From NCBI GenBank assembly GCA_001949185.1, contig BDGG01000007.1, forward strand, positions 871,556 through 935,555: 64,000 nucleotides of DNA, written 5' to 3'. A model generated the notes under the pieces. The model saw only the letters and a list, made by a program, of their open reading frames with translations. It did not search any database and had not been told where the DNA came from. Numbering within the stretch: the first letter of the stretch is position 1; each line of letters opens with the position of its first letter. Source of the DNA: Ramazzottius varieornatus (Eukaryota > Animalia > Tardigrada). The position numbers were made by a program, and so were the translations under genes. This document shows, one piece after another, positions 13,301-26,900 of this stretch.

Positions 13301-16300
13301 GCTTATACCTGAATAGCCAGCTGAACAGGCGCATCGGTATCCACCATTTATATTCGAGCAGAAGCCTCCGTTGAAGCACGGCTGACTTGCGCACTGGTCC
13401 TCATTGTCATCGCACCTGTCTCCCGTAAAGCCCGGCAAACACTTGCACATGGCTCTGTGGTTCACCACTTCGCACCGTCCACCATTCAAACACCGTCCCG
13501 CTTCACACACCACCTGAAACCACACCTCAATAAAATTTCCCCGTAACATTCAAATTCACATGGGAAATGTTGTACCTCTTCACAAATGGTCGCCCCGCTG
13601 TCCGTTGTGGACTGCCCACCACTGCATTCTTCACACATGGTGGCCGCTTCCCTCATACTGACGAAATTCTTTGGACAAGCTGTGCACGGTGCCAGTCCGG
13701 TCGGCGAATACTCGCCCGGCAGACACTGCGTCCGACATTGGCTTACCGAAGTGGCCCCGGAAGTGACCGTGTACATGCCCACTGGACATTGGGTGCAGTT
13801 TTTGTATGCTCCAGCACTTGCAACCGAGGAATACGTGTCTTTGGGACAGGCCAGGCACGGTAAGACACCGTTGGGTGAATAGGTTCCAGCTAAGCAAGCC
13901 GGAAGACATTCGTTGATGAACTTGGCTCCGTACGTCGACGTGAAGAAACCATCGGGACATTTCCAGCAGCTGGTCTGGCCGGAAGAGTTCTGGTACGAAC
14001 CGGGTGGGCAGAGAAGGCAGGAAGCCAGGTCCAGTTTGCGACTGCTGGCGCTGGAAAGGATGGCGGGCGAAGCGGTCGATGAAAGGGACGAAGCGAAAGT
14101 ACCGACGGGACAATCTAAACAGACTTTGTTCTTGATGAGCGTCTGTCCCGACAGACAGGTGTAACCTACCAAAGAACCACGATAAACCTTAGAATTTGAT
14201 TTCTCGTCAAAGGGATTTTTTTGTGTCGGGTTTTGACCAAAGGGTTCCCCCTTGGGCAAGCTGAGCCCACCTCGTGTAGAGTTGGACTCGATGGCTTCCA
14301 AATTAGCGCAGACGGTGTTAGCGTCTTGCAGTTTCCATATTGAGGTGATGGCTGGGTCTGTGGGTGGGACGGAAAAGTCGAACATGGTGTCGATGGTCAA
14401 GCCGCACAAGTCGTACAGCCGAGCGGTGGGACGTGAAGGCGCGATGCGGTACTGAAAGAGTCCTTCAACGGCCATGTTGGAAGCTGATGAAGGGCTCATC
14501 TTTGATGACAGTGCAGTGACTGTGATGGGCACATCAATGGTCTTGGAGCACTTGGTACTCAGCATCTCCGTAATGATTTCCTGCTGGGTGGTGACGTACT
14601 TGTTGTACTGCGCCAGGCATTCGGGTGTGGGTGAGGAAGGTGCGACGTAGACGACGGCGACGATGGCGTCGTAGACAGGCTCATGACCAGCTAAAAAAAA
14701 CAACGTTCTTTTGTCCACGGATTGCCAGGGTATTACAGGCGTCTTCTTTTACAGGCACGAGCGATGGGCAGAGAATTTTAGAGGGATTACCGTGCCATTT
14801 TTCTACGGTTCACCAAGGTTATTAGTCGGCCAAGGCTCGGTCTTACCTTATGGGTGGCGACCGATGCAAATAATGCGAGCAAGGTCCGAGCCTCAAAAAA
14901 GGAGAATGTGACCTCGGAAAAATTCCTAACATGTATTTCAGGAATCCTGAAATGCATTTTAGGATTCCTAAAACACATTTCAAGATTNNNNNNNNNNNNN
15001 NNNNNNNNNNNNNNNNNNNNNNNNNNNNNNNNNNNNNAATCCTGATATGTGTTTTAGGAATTCTGAGATGCATTTCAGGATCCCTGAAGCACATGTTAGG
15101 AATTTTTCCGCCATTACATTCTCCTTTTTTGAGGCTCGGAGCTGGCTCGCATTATTTGCATCGCTCGTCGTCCATATTACCTTCTGGAACACAGCTTGGA
15201 ACGTAGATGTCGCTGTTGTTGCCCGAGGCACTCCGTGGATCGCAAACGTAGTCCGGCACAGCGCCATTGGCAAACACAAAGCCGGCATTGCAGCTGAAGG
15301 AACATATTACCTACAATAAGCCTCGCAGTTAATTTTTGACCTTCTCTACTTTCGTCAAGCTGAAGTCCGATCAATTTTGATTCTCGATACCGTTCCATCG
15401 GATCTCGTTCTGCAGCTGGTCACTCCATTGTCCGGGGCACCAACCGATGCCTCGGTACAAGGTACCGGCAGCACCAGTACCTCAAAGGAACAACTGGTCG
15501 AGCGGTTGTTGCTATCCGTCACCGTTGCCGTCACATTCACGAAGTCGCTGGGGTGAAGGTCCACCCACTCTGGGGAATAAGATATCTGGCGATCTTTGGT
15601 CCCAGTAAGGATTTCGACGGGATGAGTGCCATTGTTAAACCGTAACTGGGCATAATCTTGACCAGCTTCCAGAGTGAGGTTGTACGATCTCGAGCAAGCG
15701 ATGATCGGCGGTGCCTCCTCCACAACCCGAACCTACCCCAGAAACACCATATGGGTCCAGTTGGCTAAGCTTGGTTTAAGAACTTGAAATCTTTGCTGAT
15801 ATCGGTGTAAATACATTGGGCCAGATCGATATTACAAGCGGCGCACGCGTCCGTCAAATAGCAGTGAAAAGTGCGCCACTTAGGAAAGCAGTTAAACTCG
15901 ACCAGATCGTTTGCCCAGGTGGCGCACGCTTTCCGTTCATGACAATGAAAATATGCGCCACTTGGAGAACAATCTGGTCGAGTTGGTTGGCCGAGCTTCT
16001 ATATCCGGTAATACCAACCTGAAAGCTGCAAGTGGCGTTGTTCCCATCAGCGTCGAAGGCCACATACTCCACATGTCTATCTTCGAAGACCACGATTCCC
16101 GGCGCAAAGTTGTCCGGTCTAACTTCCATCCTGGCTATTCGTCCACTGTTATCCTTGGCCACCGGCACCTCATACTGCACAGCGTCCACTTTCCCGTTAC
16201 TGGCTTTATGCACCACCACCGTCTGTTTCGGACACGACACGAACCTAGGAGGTTCGTTATCGACACACACGGGCGTCGTGGCGTTCCACCCGACCACCGC

Positions 16301-19300
16301 TTTCTCGTCTTCGTCAGCTGCGCACCCGTAAAACTCCATCTTAAGGCAAGGGTTGCCGATGTAACTGAGGACTCCCACTGCCAGGAAGCGACCTCGGACG
16401 GATGGACGGAGTGGGATGGTGGAGAGTGCGCCATAGGTTGGGGCTGTGTCGGAGATGTCGCCATCGAGCGCGCTGTAGCGACCGTCGGATGTGAGCTTGG
16501 TAAAGAGGCGGAATTGTGTTACCCGACCGGCCATCCCATCCGCCACCACACCTGCAAGAATGCAGAAAAATATAAAATTATTTATCGCTCATACGATTGA
16601 CCGATCGAAGTTACACTATTCGTTGATTGAATGAGTTTACGAAGAATCGATTATGCATTAATGTTCCACGTACCTTTTAGCCGCACCGTGGTGATTCTGT
16701 AGATTCTGCCCAAGTCCATTTCCATGTAGGTGAAATTCTCTTGTCTAGCACACCATCCCGTCGACGCACTTAGCCTCAAGTTCCGCAACTCGAAGCCAGG
16801 AATCTCCGAAGTAGACTTCATGGCCATGTCGGGAATCCAGCCTGCTGACAAGCCCACTGGTCTGATCACTGCACAGTCCGACTGTCGCTGACACATCAAG
16901 GGGCTGTCATCTGTCAAGACGTAGCCCGCTCTACTACATTGGAACTTGACCAGAGCCGACTCTTCGTAGGTTGCGGCCATCTGGATGCCGTCGGCTGGAC
17001 GACCAGGGTCGGTGCACGTGGGGCCGTCACAACGGAGACTACCAAAGTCCCAGATACCGTGCTTGGTGCACCGTACGATCTGGTCGCCCACACTGCTTTC
17101 ACCTATTGACACAACACGCTCATTACAACACCGTCAGGCTGGCGAATCGTACGATACCGAAGGGGACAAAAAGACTGACCTGAGGTGACGAAAGGGAAGA
17201 CACAGTCGAAGCCGAAGTACGAGCCGTACGTTGTCCGAGACAAGTTGGAGTAGAAGGAACCAGGAAGTAGCGTAGGTCGCTTACAGTCAACCAGCTCGCA
17301 GAAGGGTTGCTGACCGGTCAACCTGCAACAGAAAGCATAGCCATGATGGCGCACTGATCTCAGTCGAGAGAGAGATGGCTGCTTCTTACCAGTAGGATTT
17401 GTCGGTGGCGCGTCGATCGTAGACGCATTTCCTTGCAGCGGCCATGGCCGTCCCCGGTAGCTTATACTGCGGACCGCGGCACATGAGCGACACGTTGCGC
17501 CCAAGTCCCACCGTGTCACTTCCTGGGTCCACAGCCAGTCCAGTCCGCAAGTCGTCTTGGAAGTTTTGGCAAACAGCCGGCAAGCACAGCGGTTGGGTGT
17601 CGCTCCACTCGCCACCTTCGACGCACTTCAGCGTCGCACTACCCACCATCTCAAAACCGAACAGACAGGCAAAGTTTGCCGTGTCGCCGAAACGGAAGAT
17701 GGACTGCGTGCTGAGGAGGACACCGTTCAGGGGAGAGAGTAACGGCAGGCAGCTTTGTGGGACGCAGGTTTTATTGATGAGGAGTGTATCACCTTCGATG
17801 GTGCCAGTCTCGAATTCGCTCAAAAAGTATGCCGAGGTTCCGTTGGACTGGTAGATTTGGTAACCGATGTGGCATCCACACTCGACACTTCCCGGTGTGT
17901 TCAGGCAAACCTGGAATATAATCCGATTTATCCACTTGATCCGACAAATTAAAAAACCTGTTCGAATTTATACCTGGTCGCAACCGCCGTTCTTTCCGTC
18001 GTTGCATTCGTTGACATCCAGACAGGACTGCTTCCAACAGCCGATCAAATCTAACCGCATACAAGGTCCTTCCAGATAGCTCTCTACCCTGATTCTGACC
18101 ACCTGCGTCTCAATGGCGGTATGTAGCAGCGTTCCAGTGGTCGAGTTGGCAAAGACGGGAAAGACCATGGCGTCACCGTTAGGCTCTGAGTAAAGCGTCA
18201 TGTTGCCGCTCTCAATGTCCTTGTACAGAATGGAGAAGGACTTTACGGCGGCTAGCATGTTCGAACCACCGAGAACTGGCAGGATGCGGATAGCCGACAC
18301 CACTTTCGGCGCGTTGAGGTTGATTTCCACCCAGTTGTCGGTTGGGTGGTTGGAAGTACCGCACCAGCCGCGAGACGAAAGGCCAATTTGCGTCTTATCG
18401 TAGTCTGGGATGGAACCTGATACCGTTATTCCGTAGATCTCGGGCCTAAAATTTTAACGAAAGCTGAAGGTTGGGGAAAAAACCGATTTAAGCACTTGGA
18501 CAGCTGGCAAACGATAAGCGCAAAATCGTTCTTTGGAGCGGCGCACGTTTTCCTTCCAGTTGCTGCCAGCGTGCGCGAATTTAGAGCACAACCTAGCAAG
18601 TGGCGCACGCTTATATTGAGATTAGCTGGAAGCGTGCGCCAAATTAGACAACGATCTTGCACGTTTCGTTTGCCAGCCTATCATGTCTTGAATTTCATCA
18701 TGGTTTCACCTAAAGGCGCCGATGCCAAAAAGAACACTCTTCGAGCAGTCAGGTAGTCCCGCATAGCCCGCACGACATTTGCAGTAGTGATCGCCCACAA
18801 CGTTGACACACTCCGTCGATGCCCCATCGCACGTTGATCTGTCGAGACACTCATCGATGTCTGCACATGAGGGCAATTGGCCGAATGTCTGGTTGGATAG
18901 GCACGTCACGTCTGCTGATCCCTTCAGTTGAAAACCCGGCAGACATCCGACAATCAGCTTGTCACCGAAGAAGAAGTCGGTCTGCTTCGTGTCGTAGATG
19001 AAACCGTGGGTAATGTTGGGAAGAGGAAGGCACTTCTGACGAGTGCAAGAGGGGACAGGGGCGGACCAGCTAGTGTTGGCCAGACAGACGACTGCCGACG
19101 CACCGGTCAGACCGTAACCTGGCTCGCAGAAGAAACTAATGACCGACCTGTAATCAAAATATTGTTGTGATTTGAAAAGCCGGAGTAAATCTTTGGACGT
19201 AGAAAGTGGTGTTACCCAAATTGGTATTGGTTTCCCGTCAAGACTCTGGCACTCAGATGGGAGACCGCCACCGGTGGTAGTATCAATTCCGGACATCGAG

Positions 19301-22300
19301 AGCTTCCACAAGACGGTACAGCGGTCCAACTTCCGTCTTCTCGACAAGTCACACTTTCCTTCTCTTTCCCACTCTGGAACCCGAAGCCTTGTAGACACTT
19401 GTACTCGACCACTCCGCCGTAGCTGAAACCTGTCACGTTGACCGGTATGGCATTCAGCGCCACCGGGACACTTCCGCAGTACTCTGGCTGACAGACCGGG
19501 ATCTTCTTGACAGACCAGTTGCCACCCGGCAGACACTTCGCATCGATCCGTTCAGCTCCAGACTCGGCACGGACACTCAGCTCGTAACCTACAGGACAAG
19601 TGATGGCCACGTGCGTTCCGACGATGGTCAGGTTGGTGGAGACCAGAATCGGTTCAGTCCGACCCACTGATCCGTCTGAGGGACTTCGGCTTTGTCCGCT
19701 TTGTGAATGGCTGAGCTGGACCAAGTCCGGACAGTCGACCGAATACGCCACGGTGAAGACTGTGCTGCTGCCCATCGGACCAGACAGAAGCTTGATCAGG
19801 GCGTCACCAGACGGCACATGTAGACCAAACGAGTCGCCATTCGGCCCAGAAAGCAAACCAGTTTCGTTCTGGCTGGGAAATAACAGCTTGCTGTTGCCCT
19901 TCTTGTCCATCGAAGAATCTGCCTCTATCTCAAAAACCTTCAGGGTGTCGAGGGGTTGTAACGCGACTTTCGTGAAGCTCAGCGTGAATGGCCGACTGTC
20001 GCGCGGCTTGATGCGGTAAGAACATGCCAGGTTTCGCGGAAAAGGCAATTCATCTCCTCCTGCGAAAACGGCGTACACCGTTTAGTCAAAAAAATCGATA
20101 AGACTGAGAACGCATCATACTAAAGGGGCGGAAAGCCGTCACCCACACCAGGCAGATATTAGCCATACCAAGGAATTAATCAGGTGAAAGAATCTGCTTT
20201 AAAGTTCTATCACTTCACGAAATCTGATTTCTTGGCCGACGATCGTTTTTACCTGGTGTGTGGAAGACTCCGGTAGAGTTTCCAAACTCCAAATCACAGG
20301 TCGCGGCGAAGCGAAAGCTAAAATTCCCATTCCTGTCCTTTGTGCCATCACTCCGCAGTGACGTCACAAAGAGGTACAGCTGGTTGGTGGTTGACTGCAG
20401 CACTCGTTGATTCGTCATACTGGACCCATCTGGAAACGATGTTATCAGCGGACTTGTCGCCGTCGCTCCATCTCGAACATTGATTGCAAAATTCCCTCCC
20501 TCCAACGACTCTTCAATGTCCAGCGTGATGGTGGAACCCGCTGGTCCGGTAACCGTATAGACGCATTCTTTCAGGAATAGGGAAGTTGAGGGAATCAGCA
20601 CACGTTGAAACTCGTCCGTCGCTGTCACTTCTCCACCACATTGAGTGTAAACTTCGCTCAACGTCGCAGTGAAACCTTTGCCTTGGAGGGAAGCATCACT
20701 GCTGAATTTGACCAAGAGAAGCCCGTTAGTGGATCGGAATGTCAATGGGGAGGAAATGTCACCGGAAAGTGCGGCCAATGATACTGCCGAGCTTTGTAAA
20801 GGCGATGCCGACAATACCGTCATGAAATCTTTGTCTTTTTCCGTGGAAAACTCTGTGAAGGTAAGCTCGACTTCGCGGTCAAAGTTGCCAGTGTCGATCA
20901 GCCAGAAGCAGGAAGAGTTGGCTGGATAGTTTGAAGGAAAGTTAGGAGAGGAAATGACAGAGTTGAGAGACGTAATGTGGAAAGTACAGAAAGAGTCTTG
21001 CTTGCGCGGGCAGTTGAATTCGTCCGAGCGGGATTCGCACTCAAAGACTCCATCACAGACTTTCGAATCGTCGATGCATTTGTCCTCGCCGAGACATCGG
21101 GTAGTCTTCTTGGGACAAGCCTTGATTTGGCACACGAAGGGTAGGAGTGTCTCACAGGCTTCCATTTTCCAGTTGTCGGTCTTTTGGTACGAACTAGCAA
21201 CCAGCTTTGTACAGTTGCCGTTGTGGAAGTTGGGTTCGCCGATGGCCCATGAGCCGGAGAAGAGTCCATTGGAGAGACTGGGGAAGACGGACGTTCCGTA
21301 TTGAGCAAGGAAGGGCAGGTACCCCAGAGAGGACTGGGAAGGCGAATCGATCCAAAAGTCGTCGGGATGGCGGCTGGTGTTGGACAGAGTGAACAGTGAG
21401 GATATCCATGCGTTGTCAAAGTTATCCTTCACTATAGGAAGTGAGCCACCAATCCTACAGGAAATAACACACCAGTGCAATGATGAATGCACCAGAATTT
21501 CAGAATCAATCGTAGACCACAGTCGAAGGAAAACTGCCATTGTTTCAGCTCTATCATTCGAACAAGCGCTGGTGTTATTTCAGAGTATCAAATTTCTACT
21601 CCAAACCGTGACGTCACAATTAAAATCTGATCGAACGACGTTACCGCGGAATTCAACCTGTTGATTGATCCGATTCTGAAATGTTAGTTTTTGCTCGGGT
21701 TCAATTTGGCAGACTGGAATTAGGATTTCCCGACGAGTTTTTCTCTGTTTTTCGGATTATTAGATGGTGTGTTTTTTAGTTTAATGACAAGTATAGGTTG
21801 CAATTTAATAAGTCCTGGCGTCAGGGAAGGCTCCATGGCGATTGAAGGAAGCCTTGAGGACTTACCGGTTGCATGTGAGATTGGCAGTGGCCCATGACGC
21901 TTTTTTCTCAAAGTGTCTGTAGCATCTCCAGTCGAGCAAGAACCAATCTGTAAAGACAATAGCATCGATGCAAACGCAAGAGTTACAGTTACAGCACAAT
22001 GCTTGTCAGCCACAACTTGTCGCAATAAATTTTAGAGCCGTCACACCAGCGTGGACAACGGCAGGCATTGTCCGAAAGAAGAGCAACGGGGTTGATGACA
22101 GGGATCTTCTTCTTCACGTCGTAACTCACCCTCTCTCGCCACTCTTTGTAATACTTACGCAACGTTGCCACTTCCAAGTATCTCAGAAACGCCTTGATCA
22201 CCCAATTTTGCGTAAAAAAATGTCCTCGAAAAGTCAATCAGATGAGGTATATTTACAACGCCGAATTTTTTCTTGTCTCTGATGTAAATTCGAATGCTTT

Positions 22301-22704
22301 CTTCATTTCCTTCCTTATTCGGTTACTGAGAGTGCTTACCTTTGGGACAGTGAAATAAATCTGGAACAACCTGGAAACAGAATAGTGTATGTCAGTCGGA
22401 AGTCATGCCATTTTGATACAACGAACTGGAAACGCGAAAGCCAGTGGTCAGTCGTTAATAATTAGCAGCGGTATCATACGGTGATTGGTACGGGCTTAGA
22501 AAATATTTTTACACCATAGTACCGCACCCAACAAACTCTCAGCTTTTGAAGACGTTTCCGGCCTAATCTGAAATTTGTGCTTACCGTAAGTTCCACATCG
22601 TTCCTTTGACACAAACAATCACATATAAATACTCCAAACAAAAATAACAACAAGAACAAATTCCCAAGAAGCCGCTTGCTCCTGGACAAAGCTTGAAACT
22701 CCAT
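7333..22704 (-). CDS. uif: Uninflatable-like large type-I membrane protein (signal, C-type lectin, LDLa, CUB, CCP/sushi, F5/8, HYR, GCC2/3, many EGF, LamG/pentraxin, TM, short tail); multi-exon
   Basis: Signal peptide at 22704; CTL exon 21948-21868 plus ORF 20215-21540 (WKMEAC, LDLa CDGVFEC, CUB ISSPNFPSNYP); sushi and F5/8 ORFs at 16-20 kb; HYR (DNEPP, AKDNSG); CPxGxY repeats; tandem EGF at 11.3-13.5 kb; LamG at 10.4-11 kb; TM AYIAGGIAGTVLFLILLILLIWMIC. The domain order matches Drosophila Uninflatable. Confidence 0.88.
14851..15174. mobile_element. Foldback/MITE-like element with ~135-bp terminal inverted repeats and internal 21-bp palindromic tandem units, spanning the N gap
   Basis: 14851-14987 is approximately the reverse complement of 15038-15174. 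TA flanks both sides (14849-50 and 15175-76). Internal units such as ATGTATTTCAGGAATCCTGAA. It lies in uif intron 15180-14691. Confidence 0.8.
14988..15037. other. Assembly gap (50 N)
   Basis: Run of N in the sequence. Confidence 1.
15836..15993. mobile_element. Hairpin MITE-like element, family A (uif intron)
   Basis: AACTCGACCAGATCGTT ... AACAATCTGGTCGAGTT arms around GTGGCGCACGC ... ATGCGCCACTT, with a second GCGGCGCACG ... GTGCGCCACTT hairpin upstream. Confidence 0.7.
18503..18677. mobile_element. Hairpin MITE-like element, family A (uif intron)
   Basis: GCTGGCAAACGA ... TCGTTTGCCAGC outer arms enclosing two GGCGCACG ... CGTGCGC hairpins. Confidence 0.75.
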
Positions 22705-23905
22705 GGTGAAGGTGAGCAGATGGTGAACGATCCGCCCAATGTTCGTTTAGATACTCAGCAGGAAGATTCCAGGGTGGAAAGAGTCCAAAAAAATTCCCGC
22801 CATACAGCTCATGATCATGCCCAGACAACGGAGACTGGGCAAGAGAATTTCCAGTAAGCAAGCCTGGTTCCAGCGAAAACACTGTAGTCAATCAGGATTC
22901 GAAAGTGGGCCAATGATTCAGCTGGAATATCAGCATTGACTGAAGGAAAAGAACAACACGTTAACTTGGGGCACGTTTAATGAGGCGGCGAATGATTAGT
23001 GTATATTCACTCTACTGTCTTAGAGGTGTGAAAAGAATAACCAGCTAACATGATTCGAACTTTGTAAAAGTTGTAGCTACAAGATTTTAATGAAGCGTCA
23101 CTGATGAGCGCTCTTGCATACCTGGAGTAAAAATACGCTGCACTGCTTGTAGGCACGTTCTTACTTCGTAGTGCACCTTTGGCCTGGCCCTTCTTCCTTT
23201 TGTACAATTCTTCTCCCTCCTGTGGATTTTAATAGCCTATATCAAGCTGTTTTGATCATTTCGGCCTCTCGAAAGCATGCGAGAAGTGGATGAAGGCAAA
23301 CAGTAACAGGTGATAAACGGCGCATGTCCGAGTTATCGATCCAAGGCTGTTTGAATGGGCACTGGCCAGCCAGCCGATCGTATGTCTTGTGTACAAAGAT
23401 TCATCATGTCATGCTATATTAATATGTCGACTTCAAGTGGAACGAAAGGAACGGAACGGACATCATACCGTCGTCCGCCTTATTTATTACAATCCACCAA
23501 TCAACTGGGTATAAGTGTGCCGTTTTGCAATGGGTTGCGCCGCGCCGAAATGACCGGAATTCCCCTTCACGGAAGTTGGCACAAGTAATACGCAACGACT
23601 TTTACAATCTTATCGAGGAACGAAGCCGAAAGATTTGATATGGTTGTACTGCCCCATAAAGCTCTGATTTCTTCGCAGGGTCGTCAGGATACCTTACGCA
23701 ACTATGTTTATTCACCGTTCATATCTTATTGAAAATGATATGGCCATTGTTGAACGAATTTCCATTTCAAGGTCGGTTTATGATGGCGAATATCGAAGGA
23801 AGGGTTTGTCACCGTCAATTACCACACTGCGGATCGCTCCTTTCCTCCATCAACCGCAGACAAGACGAAACGAAATCCCTTTTGACCCGGAAAGTTGCTT
23901 GAAAA

Positions 23906-26900
23906 ATGGAGATGTTTTCTTCGCTTTTTTTTCTGACCTCCCTTTTTCTGTTCAGCAACGCGGAAACTTTTCGCAACCCAATTAAGGTACGTTGTACTCA
24001 CGATCAAGTTCCAGGTCCGTCCAGCAGTAATTCTTATTTAGGATGGCGACGCACCTGACCCATGGATTCTCCGGTACAATGGAGCATACCTCCTGTCTCA
24101 TACCGGATGTAAGTTGTAGTCCGGAAGGGAGGTATTCGACCAGCCAGCCAATTGGTAGTATGAAGACTAACTCATTGCTGTTCCTGCAGATGACGAAGTC
24201 GTTGTCTATCAGAGTGACAGAGCCGACAACTGGCGAGGAGCCGCTTCGGTGACTGCATGGCGACCCCTTCCCGCGTTCAACGATTTCACCGAAGTGTGGG
24301 CCCCGGAAATCCACTTTATCCGTGGGAACTTGTACATATACTTCACGGCTAATCCTCACAGCAACTACTCGTTCAGTTCCAACGGCCACCGAATGTTCGC
24401 CTTGCAAGCAGATGATCCATCCAATCCGCTGGGGACATGGACATTCCGAGGTAGAATCTTCGATCCAAGAAAAGATATCTGGGCGATCGATGGCACTATT
24501 CTCCAGCATCAAAGCGGGAAACTCTATTTCATCTGGGTTGGAGGATTTGTAAGTAACCTTTATGACTGGGTTTAAATGCCCCAAAAAACACAAATCAACA
24601 TATTTTCGTCGAAGGAGTTCGACGGATTGACCACCTATATTTCCGAGATGGGCGATCCTCTGACCGTAGTGCCCGGTTCCACTATCTTACTGAACAGAGC
24701 TACGCTGCCATGGGAGACCCAAGACGGGAATGTGTCAGAAGGTCCAGCGGTGATAGACAGCGGAGACAACTATTACGTGGTCTACTCCGGAACCAGTACT
24801 TGGTCGGATAACTACAACCTGGGAATGCTGCGTATCAACAAGACCAAGGACCCCATGGTGATCGGGAACTGGTACAAGAACCCGGAGCCGGTGTTTGTTA
24901 AGAACGTCACCGAAGGCGTCTACGGTCCTGGGCATGCTTCGTTCACAGTGTCACCAGATGGTACTGAACACTGGATGGTGTACCATGCGATGAACAAAAC
25001 CGTAAGTCCACAAGTACAGGGTGCAGTTGTGATGTACCATTAAAACAATTTGCTTCGTAGTACGCGGATGGCAACTGGCGGCAAGCTCGAATACAAAAAA
25101 TGTCCGTGGACAGTCAGGGAGTTCCCGTTTTCCCCGAAGCCGTTGGCTTCAACCGAGAACTGGAAGTGCCATCTGGCTCGCCGAAGATGTTCCGTAACCC
25201 TATTCTGGTAATCAAAATCTCACACTCCAAATTTCAGCAGCACGAAATATTGTAGAAACTCGTGTCATTAGCTTCATGTCAGATTCCATATATTTCAGGA
25301 CCGAGATGCACCAGATCCGTGGATTCTGCGGTATAACAACACCTACCTGATGACTTTCACCATGCGTGAGTTAGCCTGATTAAATATTCGTGGAAGGTGT
25401 GTTATATTTTTATTCGCTGATTTTTCGCAGACGACTGTATTGTCATATATCAAAGTGATAAGCTGGAAGACTGGAGAAACGCAACGACTGCCACCATTTA
25501 CACGCCTCCACCAAACATGTACTACGAGTTGTGGGCTCCAGAGATCCATCTGATCAGGGGCAACCTTTACATTTACTACACGGCTACCACAAACCGCAGC
25601 GGTACCGAGGGTCACCGCATGTACGTCCTGCGATGCAATGATGCCAGAAACCCTTTGGGGAACTGGACCTTCGAAGGCAAAATTCTCGATCCCATCTGCG
25701 ATTGGTGGGCCATTGATGGAACGGTCTTACAACACGTCAATGGCAAAATGTACTTTATTTGGGCTGGTCGATGGGTAAGCTAAACGTAGGCTCACAGAAT
25801 GAGACCCAACTTGGGAAGCCGGCAAAGGCAACGTACAAGATCGGTATATCAAGTGGCGCACATTTCCATTATTGTTAGCTATTGATAGAATTATGCGCCC
25901 CTTCGGACAATGCTCTTGTACGTTCCGTTTGTCGGTCTCCCAATTCTTAACATTTCCCCATTTGACATTTTGCACAATCATCTTTATAGCCAGCAGCCCG
26001 TTACCGCGGTTTGAATATGTATTAATCTCGATCTTAGATATTTCTCGTTAGAATGTTCATATTCTTACTCGGTCGAATACCTCATGGCTGATCCTCGCTT
26101 ACAGTGTCCATGTGGCAAACCAAGGTTGTTGGTCTGTGCAAACTCGAAATAAAGTTTGATTCATCGTTACAGGAATACGCGGACTGGACGACTGACCACC
26201 TTCTGCAATTGCTCATCGCCGAAATGAGCGATCCGTTGACCATCATTCGCGGGTCGACCCGTTTGTTGAACAGACCAGCTTTGGACTGGGAAATGCATGG
26301 CGATGAGGTGCATTACGGCGTGTCTGAAGGCCCGGCGGTCATCGAAACTGAAAATTATTATCACGTCCCGTACTCTGGATCTTCAACATGGACGAACAAC
26401 TACGCACTGGGTATGCTGACTATCAACAAGTCTGCGGACCCGATGATCGCAACAAATTGGAATAAAGCTCAGCGTCCAGTTTTCGTGACAAATGAGGCAG
26501 AGAGCGTCTTCGGGCCTGGTCACGCTTCGTTTACAGTTTCGCCTGACGGGACGGAACACTGGATGGTGTACCATGCAATGGACCGAATGGTATAGAACTT
26601 CCTGATGAACTCAGTTGATACTGTATACGTAGTGCTACCAGATTATCGCGCACTCAACCACGTGAACAGTAAATGATGCCCTGGTGAGAGCCGGAAAGGC
26701 CAGACTGAAAACATCTGATCAAACTGGGCAACGACGACTCATCACGTGGCTGAGTGCGCGATAATTTGGTGGCACTACAGTACTTATCACCTCATATGGG
26801 AAGTGGAATAATGAGCCGAACCAGATTGTTGTTATTAGCTGAGTGCGCGCGCCACATGAATTAGCATCTGGTTCACAGCGTTTTCTATCTGTTTATGTTT

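Noticed and set aside
14920-15110. Palindromic 21-bp repeats resembling a CRISPR array
   Set aside because: The units are contiguous with no unique spacers, lie inside a TIR element in a eukaryotic intron, and there are no cas genes.
14787-15288. Mutually similar ORFs on both strands around the gap (MCFRNPKMHFRIP...)
   Set aside because: They are artefacts of translating the inverted, 21-bp periodic repeat.
7333-21664. Many long plus-strand ORFs (e.g. 10539-11144, 15911-16600)
   Set aside because: These are antisense shadows of uif exons with no recognisable domains.
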